32,000 nucleotides of DNA from Actinomycetota bacterium (lineage in GTDB: Bacteria; Actinomycetota; Actinomycetes; Actinomycetales; Micrococcaceae). Both the position numbers and the translations under genes were made by a program. The notes beneath the pieces are model-generated. The model worked only from the letters and a program-made list of their open reading frames with translations. It did not search any database and was not told the DNA's origin. The stretch is taken from the NCBI GenBank assembly GCA_051751385.1, contig JBNJKW010000001.1:851272-883271 (forward strand), written 5' to 3'. Positions 1-8,249 of this stretch are shown piece by piece (position 1 is the stretch's first letter; every line of letters begins with the position of its first letter).

Positions 1-384
1 TCGGCAGTGAGCGTGACCGTATTGATCGTGGTGCAACTCATCGCAGGTCTTGCAACGAATGCTATCTTCCCCGTCCTTTACGCCTTCGGTTCGGACTCGG
101 CAGAGCCGGGTGCCATGGGGACGGCGAACTCGATTCTTCTGTTCTTCCTTTATGTTGGAGGCGTTTCCCCGCTCGTCCTCGGATGGCTGATTGGACTCGG
201 AGGCGGGTTCGAAAGTGAAACCGGATACTTCTACGGCCTTTACTTCCTGGTGGCAGTTGCTGTCATCTCGGCGATCATCATTGCGCTGTTCACCCGCGAA
301 ACCGTGGGGCGGTTTAAGGACCGTGACCGGGCTCTGGTCTCCCGTGAGCGCACTCATGTGCGTCCGGGACTACCCCAGGAGTAA
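1..384 (+). CDS. MFS-type transporter, C-terminal fragment (gene begins upstream of window)
   Basis: Frame 1 is open from base 1 to TAA at 382-384. The translated tail has several hydrophobic helices (LIAGLATNAIFPVLYAF, ILLFFLYVGGVSPLVLGWLIGL, YFLVAVAVISAIIIALF) and then a charged tail. Family call is by pattern only. Confidence 0.55.
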   Translation, partial: SAVSVTVLIVVQLIAGLATNAIFPVLYAFGSDSAEPGAMGTANSILLFFLYVGGVSPLVLGWLIGLGGGFESETGYFYGLYFLVAVAVISAIIIALFTRETVGRFKDRDRALVSRERTHVRPGLPQE

Positions 385-452
385 GACGTCGCCCTTTCGT
401 CCCCGGGCTGCGGCCCATGGCAGTGATCTCAATCGATGACAAGGAGAAACCG

Positions 453-857
453 ATGGGAATGAGTTACGAACAAGCACGGAAGGCGCTGGAAGCGGCGCTT
501 GACAAGGCCACGGAGATCGGGTCACCCTCCAGCGTGGCCATCGTTGACTCCGGGCGTGAACTGGTTGCGTTCGCGCGGCAGGACGGGGCGCTCTTGGCTA
601 GCACCGAGATTTCGGTGGGGAAGGCCTACACAGCGTGCTCGATGAAGATGGCAACGAAGGACATCGGACCCTTGACCCAGCCAGGTCAACCCCTCTACGG
701 GCTCGAGTACACACACCAGCGCCCACTCGTTACCTTCGGCGGAGGACGGCCCCTGGAGATCGCGGGGGACGTCGTAGGTGGCGTCGGGGTCGCCGGGGGA
801 ACGGTTGACCAGGACGACGAGGTTGCAGCCGCCGCGCTCGGGGCTCTCACCTCGTAG
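453..857 (+). CDS. GlcG/HbpS-like (DUF336) heme-binding family protein
   Basis: ORF 417-857. Preferred start is ATG 453, preceded by AAGGAGAAACCG. C-terminal glycine-rich signature FGGGRPLEIAGDVVGGVGVAGGTVDQDDEVA is typical of the GlcG/DUF336 family. Confidence 0.7.
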   Translation: MGMSYEQARKALEAALDKATEIGSPSSVAIVDSGRELVAFARQDGALLASTEISVGKAYTACSMKMATKDIGPLTQPGQPLYGLEYTHQRPLVTFGGGRPLEIAGDVVGGVGVAGGTVDQDDEVAAAALGALTS

Positions 858-866
858 GAGGCAAAC

Positions 867-1622
867 ATGCAGCTCCAGGGGAAAAAGGCGATCATCACAG
901 GGGCAGCAACCGGCATCGGGGCGGTCACCGCCAGAGCGTTTGCTCAAGAAGGTGCCGCCGTCGTTGTGGCCGACATCAACGAGGACAACGGCTGGCGTGT
1001 GGTCGAGGAAATCCGCAGTCAGGGCGGCACAGCAGAGTTCGTCCGCACTGACGTAACCAGAGAAAGCGACGTAGAGGCGCTCGTAAAGCAAGGCGCAGAG
1101 ACGCTGGGTGGACTCGACGTCTTGTTCAACAATGCAGGGGCCCAGCGCTCGGGGGCCATCACCGATTTCGAGCAGGATCAGTGGGACCTGCTCATGGCGG
1201 TCAACCCCCGCTCCTGCTTCTTCGGAGTCAAGCATGCCGTACCTGTCCTTCGCGAACAGGGAGGCGGGTCGATCATCAACATGGCATCGCTGGCTGCAGT
1301 AAAGGGAGGTGCTGGCTTGACTGCCTACTCCGCGTCCAAAGGCGCCATTGTGGCTTTCACAAAGGCACTAGCCCCCGAGCTCGCGCCTTACCGCATCAGA
1401 GTTAACAGCGTTTGCCCTGGATGGATCGACACACCGTTTAACCGGCCCGCAATCGAGTTCATGGGAGGCGCGGAGGAGCAGGAACGCATCGTCAAACAGA
1501 TCGTACCAATGGGCCGTCAGGGAACACCGGAGGAAATCGCGCCCATCGTTGTGTACCTCGCCTCGGACGGCTCCACCTATATGACCGGCCAAGCACTGAT
1601 AGTGGATGGAGGCGTGTACTGA
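867..1622 (+). CDS. Short-chain dehydrogenase/reductase (SDR), FabG-like
   Basis: Strong SD (AGGAGG) 5 nt before the ATG. Rossmann TGAATGIG, NNAG and catalytic YSASK motifs are present, and the 251 aa length is classical for SDRs. Confidence 0.9.
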   Translation: MQLQGKKAIITGAATGIGAVTARAFAQEGAAVVVADINEDNGWRVVEEIRSQGGTAEFVRTDVTRESDVEALVKQGAETLGGLDVLFNNAGAQRSGAITDFEQDQWDLLMAVNPRSCFFGVKHAVPVLREQGGGSIINMASLAAVKGGAGLTAYSASKGAIVAFTKALAPELAPYRIRVNSVCPGWIDTPFNRPAIEFMGGAEEQERIVKQIVPMGRQGTPEEIAPIVVYLASDGSTYMTGQALIVDGGVY

Positions 1623-1788
1623 CGGAGTTGATCGGACTGCCACTCATAAAGCGGAGATCGGTGGCCTCGTCGTCGCATCGCCCTGCCAGCGTTGCGTGCA
1701 AGGCGGCCCCGGTCCGGCCGGGGGAGGGGTCGTTCAAGCAACGTGGACCGGAAGCTCCCTGTGCTAATGAGGCTGATCGGCAATGGAA

Positions 1789-2373
1789 TTACCCGGCTGG
1801 CACCGTGCCCACCTGCTTTGCTGGCACTCCAACGACCACTGCCCCCGCGGGCACGTCCTTTGTGACTACTGCACCCGCGCCCACCACGGCCCCATCGCCA
1901 ATCGTCACGCCTGGTAGCACCGTCACGTTGGCCCCGAACCACACGCCCAGGCCGATCACTACGCGGGCCGGGTGCATGTCAGCTCGTCGGCTCGGCAACA
2001 TGTCGTGGTTCAAGGTCGTGATTACGGCGTTGTGGCCGATGAGGGAGCCATCGCCGATTTCGATACCGCCCTGGTCCTGAAACCGGCAGCCGCTGTTGAC
2101 AAATACATCTGCGCCGAAACGGATGTTTTTGCCGAAGTCAGCGCTGAACGGCGGGAAGAGTTGGAAGGACTCGGGGACCCCGCGCCCGGTCAGCTCACTT
2201 ATCAGGGCCCGCACCTCAGCGGGGGAGTGGTACCGCCCGTTGAGCTCTGCGGTGATGCGCAGCGACTCCTGGCTCGCGGCGTGCATAGCCTCATGGTGCG
2301 GCGAACCTTCGGGGATCGTCTCCCCGGCGTTCAGCGCGGTCAGGAGTTCGTCGAGACCTTGTATTTCGGCCAT
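1789..2373 (-). CDS. Sugar O-acetyltransferase, left-handed beta-helix (Maa/LacA-like)
   Basis: Minus-strand ORF 1789-2415. Hexapeptide-repeat C-terminal half ([44 protein letters not shown]) and Maa-like N-terminal helical domain. Start chosen at the internal ATG (MAEIQG..., 2373); 2415 is also possible. Confidence 0.8.
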   Translation of the reverse strand: MAEIQGLDELLTALNAGETIPEGSPHHEAMHAASQESLRITAELNGRYHSPAEVRALISELTGRGVPESFQLFPPFSADFGKNIRFGADVFVNSGCRFQDQGGIEIGDGSLIGHNAVITTLNHDMLPSRRADMHPARVVIGLGVWFGANVTVLPGVTIGDGAVVGAGAVVTKDVPAGAVVVGVPAKQVGTVPAG

Positions 2374-2623
2374 GCGGCCACGATATCGTGCCCTTGGCCG
2401 CACCTGAGCATGCATTCAACGGAAGCTCCTGAAATGCTCGACCTCCGACAACCTCTCGTCACTGGGCTGTCGCGAGACGTGTTGCCGGTTGGGCATGGCT
2501 GAGAGGCCGTACCGCAGGACCCGTGCGCCGGTGCCCCCGGCGCTCATGGGTATGTGAGGTTCTGGCTACGTAATGTGGCGGAGTTCCGGTGAGACAGTCC
2601 AGTGATCGGCGCAAGCAGGCAGG

Positions 2624-3082
2624 TCATTCGGGTTGAGGGCGCCTCCGGTTGCGCTTGATCTCGGAGCGCAACCGTTTTCCTTCGAGCCGACGACGCCGCG
2701 AGCCACTCGTGGGCCGGCTCGATCGCCGGACGACAGGGGGAGCCACTGCGTCTCTCAGGACTGCAACAAGGCGTTGCCTCGCCGCAGTCCGGTTACGCCG
2801 CTGGGAGCGGTGCTCGGAGGCGCTGATGGTAAGCACTGTGCCCGAGATTCTCTCGGCGAGCTGGTCGATGGCGCGTTCGCGTTGGACTTCGCTCAGCGCT
2901 GTTGTCGTGCCTAGATCGAGACTGAGTTGCACACGTGAGTCGGCCGTGTTGACGCTCTGGCCGCCGGGGCCGGAGGCTCGGGAGAACTGCTCGACCAGCT
3001 CTCCTGCCGGTACACGGAGGCCGCGGGGCGCGCCGGGTCCCGGGGGCACATGCAGGTAGTCCACACGATTATTGTCCCGCAA
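2624..3082 (-). CDS. arfB: Alternative ribosome-rescue factor ArfB (peptidyl-tRNA hydrolase, GGQ domain)
   Basis: GGQ motif in SGPGGQSVN, followed by a long Arg/Lys-rich C-terminal tail (RRSSRPTSGSRRRRLEGKRLRSEIKRNRRRP). Size ~150 aa. Start is uncertain (TTG 3082 or GTG 3064). Confidence 0.85.
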   Translation of the reverse strand: MRDNNRVDYLHVPPGPGAPRGLRVPAGELVEQFSRASGPGGQSVNTADSRVQLSLDLGTTTALSEVQRERAIDQLAERISGTVLTISASEHRSQRRNRTAARQRLVAVLRDAVAPPVVRRSSRPTSGSRRRRLEGKRLRSEIKRNRRRPQPE

Positions 3083-3138
3083 CTGCGACGCAGAGGTGGT
3101 TAGTAGGGGCTTCTCCTCTGCACTCTCAGCTCGTTAGC

Positions 3139-3585
3139 ATGTCGCGCATGGCCATCAAACTTGAGAACGTCGGTATCGCCGTTCGCGACCTGGAAGCAAC
3201 GATCGCCTTTTTCACCGACCTCGGTCTGACGGTTATCGGACGTGACACGGTCAGTGGTGAGTGGACCGACACCGCCGTCGGACTTGATGGCAACCACGCC
3301 AAGATCGCGATGCTCCAGACCCCAGACGGTCACGGTCGACTCGAACTCTTCGAATACCTCCACCCCGAAGCGATCGAGACGACGCCCACTCGCCCCAACG
3401 AGATTGGCATGCACCGCGTCGCTTTCTCCGTAGATGATTTAGACAACGCCCTTGAGATAGCTGCGAAACACGGATGCCGTCCGCTTCGCGGTGTGGCGAC
3501 TTATGAGGACGTCTATAAGCTCACTTACGTCCGCGGTCCCAGCGGCATCATCGTGATGCTCGCCGAGGAACTGAAGAAGAACTGA
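3139..3585 (+). CDS. VOC/glyoxalase-family protein
   Basis: 148 aa. The N-terminal beta-alpha-beta-beta-beta pattern (ENVGIAVRDLEATIAFFTDLGL) and the HRVAFSVDDLD metal-site-like motif are typical of the vicinal oxygen chelate fold. ATG 3148 is an alternative start. Confidence 0.75.
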   Translation: MSRMAIKLENVGIAVRDLEATIAFFTDLGLTVIGRDTVSGEWTDTAVGLDGNHAKIAMLQTPDGHGRLELFEYLHPEAIETTPTRPNEIGMHRVAFSVDDLDNALEIAAKHGCRPLRGVATYEDVYKLTYVRGPSGIIVMLAEELKKN

Positions 3586-3798
3586 CTGGCGCCTTTCCCC
3601 TCAGCCCATCGGAGGAGTGAGGCCGTACCGGGCGATGATGTCCGGGAGCCACGGGGCTTCGCCGAACTGGATTCCGTACTCGGCTGCCAGTTTGCCGATG
3701 GCCTCCGGATCGGGTGGGGCCCGGCTTCGAGCTGGTCGGCCACTCCCCAGAGAAGTGTGATCCGTAATCTTGTCAGCGCTGGCGGTCTGCGGGACCGC

Positions 3799-4443
3799 CT
3801 ATCGTCGGAATGTCAGGTGGACCGTGCCGCTCTCGGCTGTCTCGGCGGTGACGTCGTAGTCGGATTCGAAGCCGCGCAGGTCGTCCCAGAGGCGGATTCC
3901 GCGGCCGAGGATGATCGGAGCGATCGCGACGTGGAGTTGGTCGACGAGCCCGGCCCTCAGGAAGTCGCGCACGACGGTCGCTCCGCCGCCCACGCGGACG
4001 TCCTTGCCGCTGGCGGCTTCCAGCGCGCGGTCGAGCGCCTCCTGTGGCGTGGCGGAGAGGAAGTGGAACGTCGTGCCGCCTGTCATTTCGATCGGCTGCC
4101 GTGGGGCGCTGTGGGTGAGCACGAAGACCGGGATCCGGAACGGGGGCTCGTCGCCCCACCAGCCTCGCCAGTCCGGGTCGTCAGGGAAGTGGTGCAAGCC
4201 GAACATTCCCGCGCCCATGATCTCTGCGCCGAGCTCAGCGAAGTACGCCTTCGCATACTCGTCGTCCACGCCGGTCGTGCCCTGGCCCGAGGTGTCGTGT
4301 AAGACACGTTCGCGGAAGGTCCGGGTCGCGGCGTAGGCGCCGACCAGGCGGGACCAGTCTTCGCCCATCGGGTTGTCGGGTGTCTGACCCGTCGTCGTCG
4401 CGAATCCGTCGAGCGAGATGTTGAGGTCAACGCGAACGGCCAT
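3799..4443 (-). CDS. Dihydrofolate-reductase-family protein (RibD C-terminal domain type)
   Basis: MAVRVDLNISLDGFATTTGQ... and ...VRVGGGATVVRDFLRAGLVDQLHVAIAPIILGRG are hallmark RibD_C/YyaP-like segments. ATG 4443 has a GGAG 5 nt upstream. Stop is TAG at 3799-3801. Confidence 0.8.
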   Translation of the reverse strand: MAVRVDLNISLDGFATTTGQTPDNPMGEDWSRLVGAYAATRTFRERVLHDTSGQGTTGVDDEYAKAYFAELGAEIMGAGMFGLHHFPDDPDWRGWWGDEPPFRIPVFVLTHSAPRQPIEMTGGTTFHFLSATPQEALDRALEAASGKDVRVGGGATVVRDFLRAGLVDQLHVAIAPIILGRGIRLWDDLRGFESDYDVTAETAESGTVHLTFRR

Positions 4444-4623
4444 CGGTACTCCAGTCAAGAGTGCTTGTAGATTGCAATCACCCTACTGAGGGTTCCGAGC
4501 TCGTCAAGGAGGATCCGTGCAACCCCGTTCCCGTTTGCCCGATCAGCTCGGCGTTCGCTCATTGAAAGCGCCACGATTCAGCGGGCCGGATCGGCGATAC
4601 CGACCCGGCTGCTGCGACGCTAC

Positions 4624-4637
4624 GCGGGCATCTTTGA
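4624..4637 (+). promoter_or_regulatory. Copy 1 of shared 14-mer GCGGGCATCTTTGA, upstream of the Ni permease gene
   Basis: Identical 14-mer recurs at 5881-5894 upstream of hypA. It contains the small inverted repeat CATC-TTT-GATG. A TTGACA hexamer lies at 4655-4660. Function is not established. Confidence 0.4.
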
Positions 4638-4725
4638 TGAGTCAACGCGGGCTCTTGACATGGAAGATGCGTCCTCTGCATTCTGGGCGGAGGTGCACCA
4701 TTGATGTTCCATAGACGAGGCCGTC

Positions 4726-5820
4726 ATGCGGTTAGAGTGGCAGGAAATCGTGAAACGTCACCTCCTAATACAGGCGGCAGGTAGCCGGCGCACTATCTTG
4801 GGCATGGCCTCGGTGATTGCGTTTCTGATGGTCACCGGGTGGGGCATGTTCTTCGCCGTCGTATTACCCGGGCAGTACGAACTGGCAGACCGGGCGCCTT
4901 TCGGCCTCGGACTGGCCTTTACGGCGTTCATCCTGGGGGCGCGCCACGCGTTTGACGCCGACCATATCGCGGCGGTGGACAACACAACACGCAAGCTGGT
5001 GGGGGAGGGCAGTCGGCCGGTCTCCGTAGGGTTCTGGTTCGCTTTGGGGCATTCGACCGTCGTGATCGTTGCTGTTACGCTGCTGGCCGCCGGGCTGAAT
5101 ATGTTGGCCGACCAAATTTCCGACGGCGATTCGTTGCTCGCTTCCATAACCGGAGTTTGGGGTGTCATCGTCTCCGGACTGTTCCTGCTACTGATCGGTT
5201 CACTGAACCTGTATTCGCTCATCGGGATCGCCCATGTATTCCGCCAGCTCAGGATTGGCGAATACAACGAAGCTGAAATCGAGGACCTGCTGCAAAACCG
5301 CGGCCTCCTTAACCGGATTTTGGCACCGCTGGCCCGACAGATCGACCGGCCTTGGAAGATGTATCCCATTGGTGTGTTGTTCGGGCTGGGCTTCGATACG
5401 GCAACGACGATTGGGTTGTTTGTGATCGGCGGCAGCGCCGCCCTGACCGCACCCTGGTATGTGGTTCTCGTCCTGCCGGTCCTGTTCACCGCCGGCATGA
5501 CATTGTTCGACACCCTCGATGGCATCTTCATGCACCGGGCCTACCAGTGGGCGTACGCGCGCCCGGTGCGGAAGGTGTACTACAACCTCATGGTCACGGG
5601 CACGTCCGTCATGGTGGCTTTCCTCGTCGGCGGAGTAGGACTGTTGGGACTGCTGGCCGAGAGAATGCAGGTAAATAGCGGTCCTGTTGCCTGGGTCGCT
5701 TCCGTGAATCTGGAAAACTTCGGCTTCCTGATCTGTGGGCTGTTCGCTGCAACCTGGCTGGCCGCGGTCGCGTACTGGAAACTGGGCAATGTAGAGGCGC
5801 GCTATTCGCTGCCGGACTAA
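4726..5820 (+). CDS. hoxN: NiCoT-family nickel/cobalt permease (HoxN/HupN/NixA type)
   Basis: NiCoT signature in TM2, RHAFDADHIAAVDNTTRK (H-x4-D-H), and the second conserved GLGFDTAT segment. Polytopic membrane protein, 364 aa. Sits directly upstream of hypA/hypB. Confidence 0.9.
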   Translation: MRLEWQEIVKRHLLIQAAGSRRTILGMASVIAFLMVTGWGMFFAVVLPGQYELADRAPFGLGLAFTAFILGARHAFDADHIAAVDNTTRKLVGEGSRPVSVGFWFALGHSTVVIVAVTLLAAGLNMLADQISDGDSLLASITGVWGVIVSGLFLLLIGSLNLYSLIGIAHVFRQLRIGEYNEAEIEDLLQNRGLLNRILAPLARQIDRPWKMYPIGVLFGLGFDTATTIGLFVIGGSAALTAPWYVVLVLPVLFTAGMTLFDTLDGIFMHRAYQWAYARPVRKVYYNLMVTGTSVMVAFLVGGVGLLGLLAERMQVNSGPVAWVASVNLENFGFLICGLFAATWLAAVAYWKLGNVEARYSLPD

Positions 5821-5880
5821 TGATCAACAACCGGGTGCGCCGCGTAATGCCTAACGCAGCGATTCATTGACAGCAGCTCC

Positions 5881-5894
5881 GCGGGCATCTTTGA
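5881..5894 (+). promoter_or_regulatory. Copy 2 of shared 14-mer GCGGGCATCTTTGA, 68 nt upstream of hypA
   Basis: 14/14 identity with 4624-4637. The flank is also similar (..CAAGCGG here, ..CAACGCGG in copy 1). It overlaps a TTGACG hexamer (5891-5896). Confidence 0.4.
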
Positions 5895-5961
5895 CGCGAC
5901 AAGCGGATGGTTGCGCATTGTTCCACACAGGCCTATCTTTGAGTTCACGAGGTGGCAGGCT

Positions 5962-6291
5962 ATGCATGAGCTCTCACTTACGGAAAGCCTTATCGACGCC
6001 GTCCTGGACCGAACAGGTGAACGGCAGGTTACCCTCGTGAATCTTCGCATCGGGGCGCTCTCAGGTGTGCTTCCGGACGCTATGCGCTTCTGCTTTGAAG
6101 TCGCCTCAGCCGGCACAACACTGGCCGGCGCGCAGTTGAAGATCGATGAGCCCCGCGGCCAGGGCCGGTGTCGCAGCTGCAAGCGCGATTTCCTGCTGGA
6201 AGACCTGATTTTGTTGTGCCCCTGCGGCAGCGCCGACGTGGAAGTCCTAGGCGGCCGCGAACTTGCGGTGACATCGGTGGAGGTGGCATAG
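5962..6291 (+). CDS. hypA: Hydrogenase nickel-insertion protein HypA
   Basis: N-terminal MHE nickel-binding motif and zinc site CRSC...CPCG. 109 aa. SD GAGGTGG precedes ATG 5962. The longer track ORF from 5911 is unlikely. Confidence 0.9.
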   Translation: MHELSLTESLIDAVLDRTGERQVTLVNLRIGALSGVLPDAMRFCFEVASAGTTLAGAQLKIDEPRGQGRCRSCKRDFLLEDLILLCPCGSADVEVLGGRELAVTSVEVA

Positions 6292-7128
6292 ATGTGTACC
6301 ACCTGTGGCTGCGGCGACGCAGAGAACACGCGAGTGGAGGGCGTCGAGATTGGGCAGGCCGGCCATGACTATCCGCATCACCACAGCCATCCCCATGAGC
6401 ATGCCACTGGACACGACCATGGGCATGCCGCCAGCGGCCCGCAAACCATTGTGCTTGAGCAGGATCTGCTCGCCAAAAACGACCTGCTGGCCGCCCGGAA
6501 CCGCGGCTGGCTGGAGGGCCGGAGCATCCGTGCCCTCAACGTGATGAGTTCGCCCGGCGCAGGCAAGACCACGCTGCTGGTCCGCACGCTTCAGGAGCTC
6601 GGCGACCGGCTGCAGGCCGGCGTCATCGAAGGAGACCAGGAAACGTCGCTGGATGCCGACCGCATCCGCGCGCTCGGACGGCCAGTCATCCAGATCAACA
6701 CGGGGGCCGGCTGCCACCTCGACGCCGACATGCTCCGCCGAGGACTCGATGCCCTGGACCCGGCCGTGGATTCGACGGTGTTCATCGAGAACGTCGGCAA
6801 CCTAGTCTGTCCGGCGCTCTTCGATCTGGGCGAAGCCGCCAAGGTGGTGATCATTTCGGTGACGGAAGGTGATGACAAACCTCAGAAGTACCCGCACATG
6901 TTCATGGCGGCCGACTTAGTGATCGTCAATAAGTCGGACTTGTTGCCTTACGTGGATTTCGATACCCGTGCATGTCTGGAGCGCATCCGACAAGTTAATC
7001 CGCGGACCGAATTCATGGTCGTTTCGGCCACCACCGGCGAGGGGCTGCCCCGCTGGTATCAGTGGCTCGAAGGCGACGCACCAGAGCCGGAAACCCTGAC
7101 CGGGTCACTGACTACCGACGCTCACTGA
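6292..7128 (+). CDS. hypB: Hydrogenase nickel-incorporation GTPase HypB, with His-rich N-terminal region
   Basis: N-terminal MCTTCGCG (CxxCGC high-affinity Ni site), His-rich stretch HDYPHHHSHPHEHATGHDHGH, P-loop SSPGAGKTTLL and ENVGNLVCPA. The ATG abuts the hypA stop with 0 nt gap. Confidence 0.95.
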   Translation: MCTTCGCGDAENTRVEGVEIGQAGHDYPHHHSHPHEHATGHDHGHAASGPQTIVLEQDLLAKNDLLAARNRGWLEGRSIRALNVMSSPGAGKTTLLVRTLQELGDRLQAGVIEGDQETSLDADRIRALGRPVIQINTGAGCHLDADMLRRGLDALDPAVDSTVFIENVGNLVCPALFDLGEAAKVVIISVTEGDDKPQKYPHMFMAADLVIVNKSDLLPYVDFDTRACLERIRQVNPRTEFMVVSATTGEGLPRWYQWLEGDAPEPETLTGSLTTDAH

Positions 7129-7157
7129 GTCCTTCAAGGGCTCTGAAGGAGGCACCG

Positions 7158-8216
7158 ATGCCTACCGAAACATCATTGCAGGCCGAAGAAGCTCTCATCC
7201 ACGTGCTGTGGATCAACGCAGGGCTCAGCTGCGACGGAGATTCAGTCGCGCTGACGGCGGCCACCCAGCCCAGCGTCGAGGAGATCGCGCTCGGCGCGCT
7301 GCCCGGTTTGCCCAGGATCGCGATGCACTGGCCGCTGATCGACTTTCAGTGCGGGCCCCAGGAAGGGGCCGACGACTTCCTCGAGTGGTTCCGCAAGGCG
7401 GACCGCGACGAACTGGAGCCGTTCGTCCTGGTGGTCGAGGGCTCCATCCCGAACGAGCAGCTCCATGACCCCGGCGGCTACTGGTGCGGCTTCGGCAATG
7501 ATTTGGAGACCGGACAGCCCATCACCACCAGCGAATGGCTGGACCGGCTTGCACCGAAAGCCACCGCGATCATCGCGGCCGGTACCTGCGCCACTTACGG
7601 CGGCATCCATGCGATGGCCGGCAATCCGACCGGTGCCATGGGGGTGCCGGATTATCTGGGGTACGACTGGAAATCCAAAGCAGGCATACCGATCGTCTGC
7701 GTCCCGGGTTGTCCCATCCAACCGGACAACCTCTCGGAAACCATCACGTATCTGCTCTACCAAGCCACGGGACAGGCACCGCCGATTCCGCTGGACGAGG
7801 CGCTGCGCCCCACCTGGCTATTCGGCAAGACAGTCCATGAAGGCTGCGACCGCGCCGGTTACTACGAGCAGGGTGATTTCGCGACCGAATACGGGTCGCC
7901 GAAGTGCATCGTCAAGCTCGGCTGCTGGGGCCCCGTGGTCAAGTGCAATGTCCCCAAGCGCGGATGGATGAACGGTCTCGGCGGCTGCCCCAATGTCGGC
8001 GGCATCTGCATCGGATGCACCATGCCGGGATTCCCGGACAAGTTCATGCCTTTCATGGACGAGCCGCCCGGCGGCAAACTTTCAACCAATGCCGTCCGCC
8101 CCTACGGTGCGGCGATCAAGGCGTTGCGCGGCATCACGGCCAACACGCTGGACAAGGAACCCAAGTGGCGTCGGCCCGGACGTGAACTCCTGACCGGTGC
8201 CCAACGCACCTGGTAA
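7158..8216 (+). CDS. hhyS: [NiFe]-hydrogenase small subunit, Tat-less, group 1h/5 type
   Basis: SD GAAGGAGG precedes ATG 7158. Fe-S ligand patterns are present: LSCDGDS, GTCATYGG, CPIQPDN, CIVKLGCWGPVVKCNVP, CPNVGGICIGCTMPGFPD. There is no RRxF twin-arginine leader at the N-terminus (MPTETSLQAEEALIHVLW). Confidence 0.9.
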   Translation: MPTETSLQAEEALIHVLWINAGLSCDGDSVALTAATQPSVEEIALGALPGLPRIAMHWPLIDFQCGPQEGADDFLEWFRKADRDELEPFVLVVEGSIPNEQLHDPGGYWCGFGNDLETGQPITTSEWLDRLAPKATAIIAAGTCATYGGIHAMAGNPTGAMGVPDYLGYDWKSKAGIPIVCVPGCPIQPDNLSETITYLLYQATGQAPPIPLDEALRPTWLFGKTVHEGCDRAGYYEQGDFATEYGSPKCIVKLGCWGPVVKCNVPKRGWMNGLGGCPNVGGICIGCTMPGFPDKFMPFMDEPPGGKLSTNAVRPYGAAIKALRGITANTLDKEPKWRRPGRELLTGAQRTW

Positions 8217-8249
8217 CCGACCGGCTACTTCCAGACAAGGCGAAGCAAA

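Noticed and set aside
4517-4714. 65-aa ORF with an AAGGAGG-like sequence before its GTG, in the hoxN upstream region
   Set aside because: SD-to-start spacing is only 4 nt. Third-position GC (about 60 percent by hand count) is well below that of neighbouring genes. The product is highly basic and motif-free. The region is more plausibly regulatory and contains the shared 14-mer.
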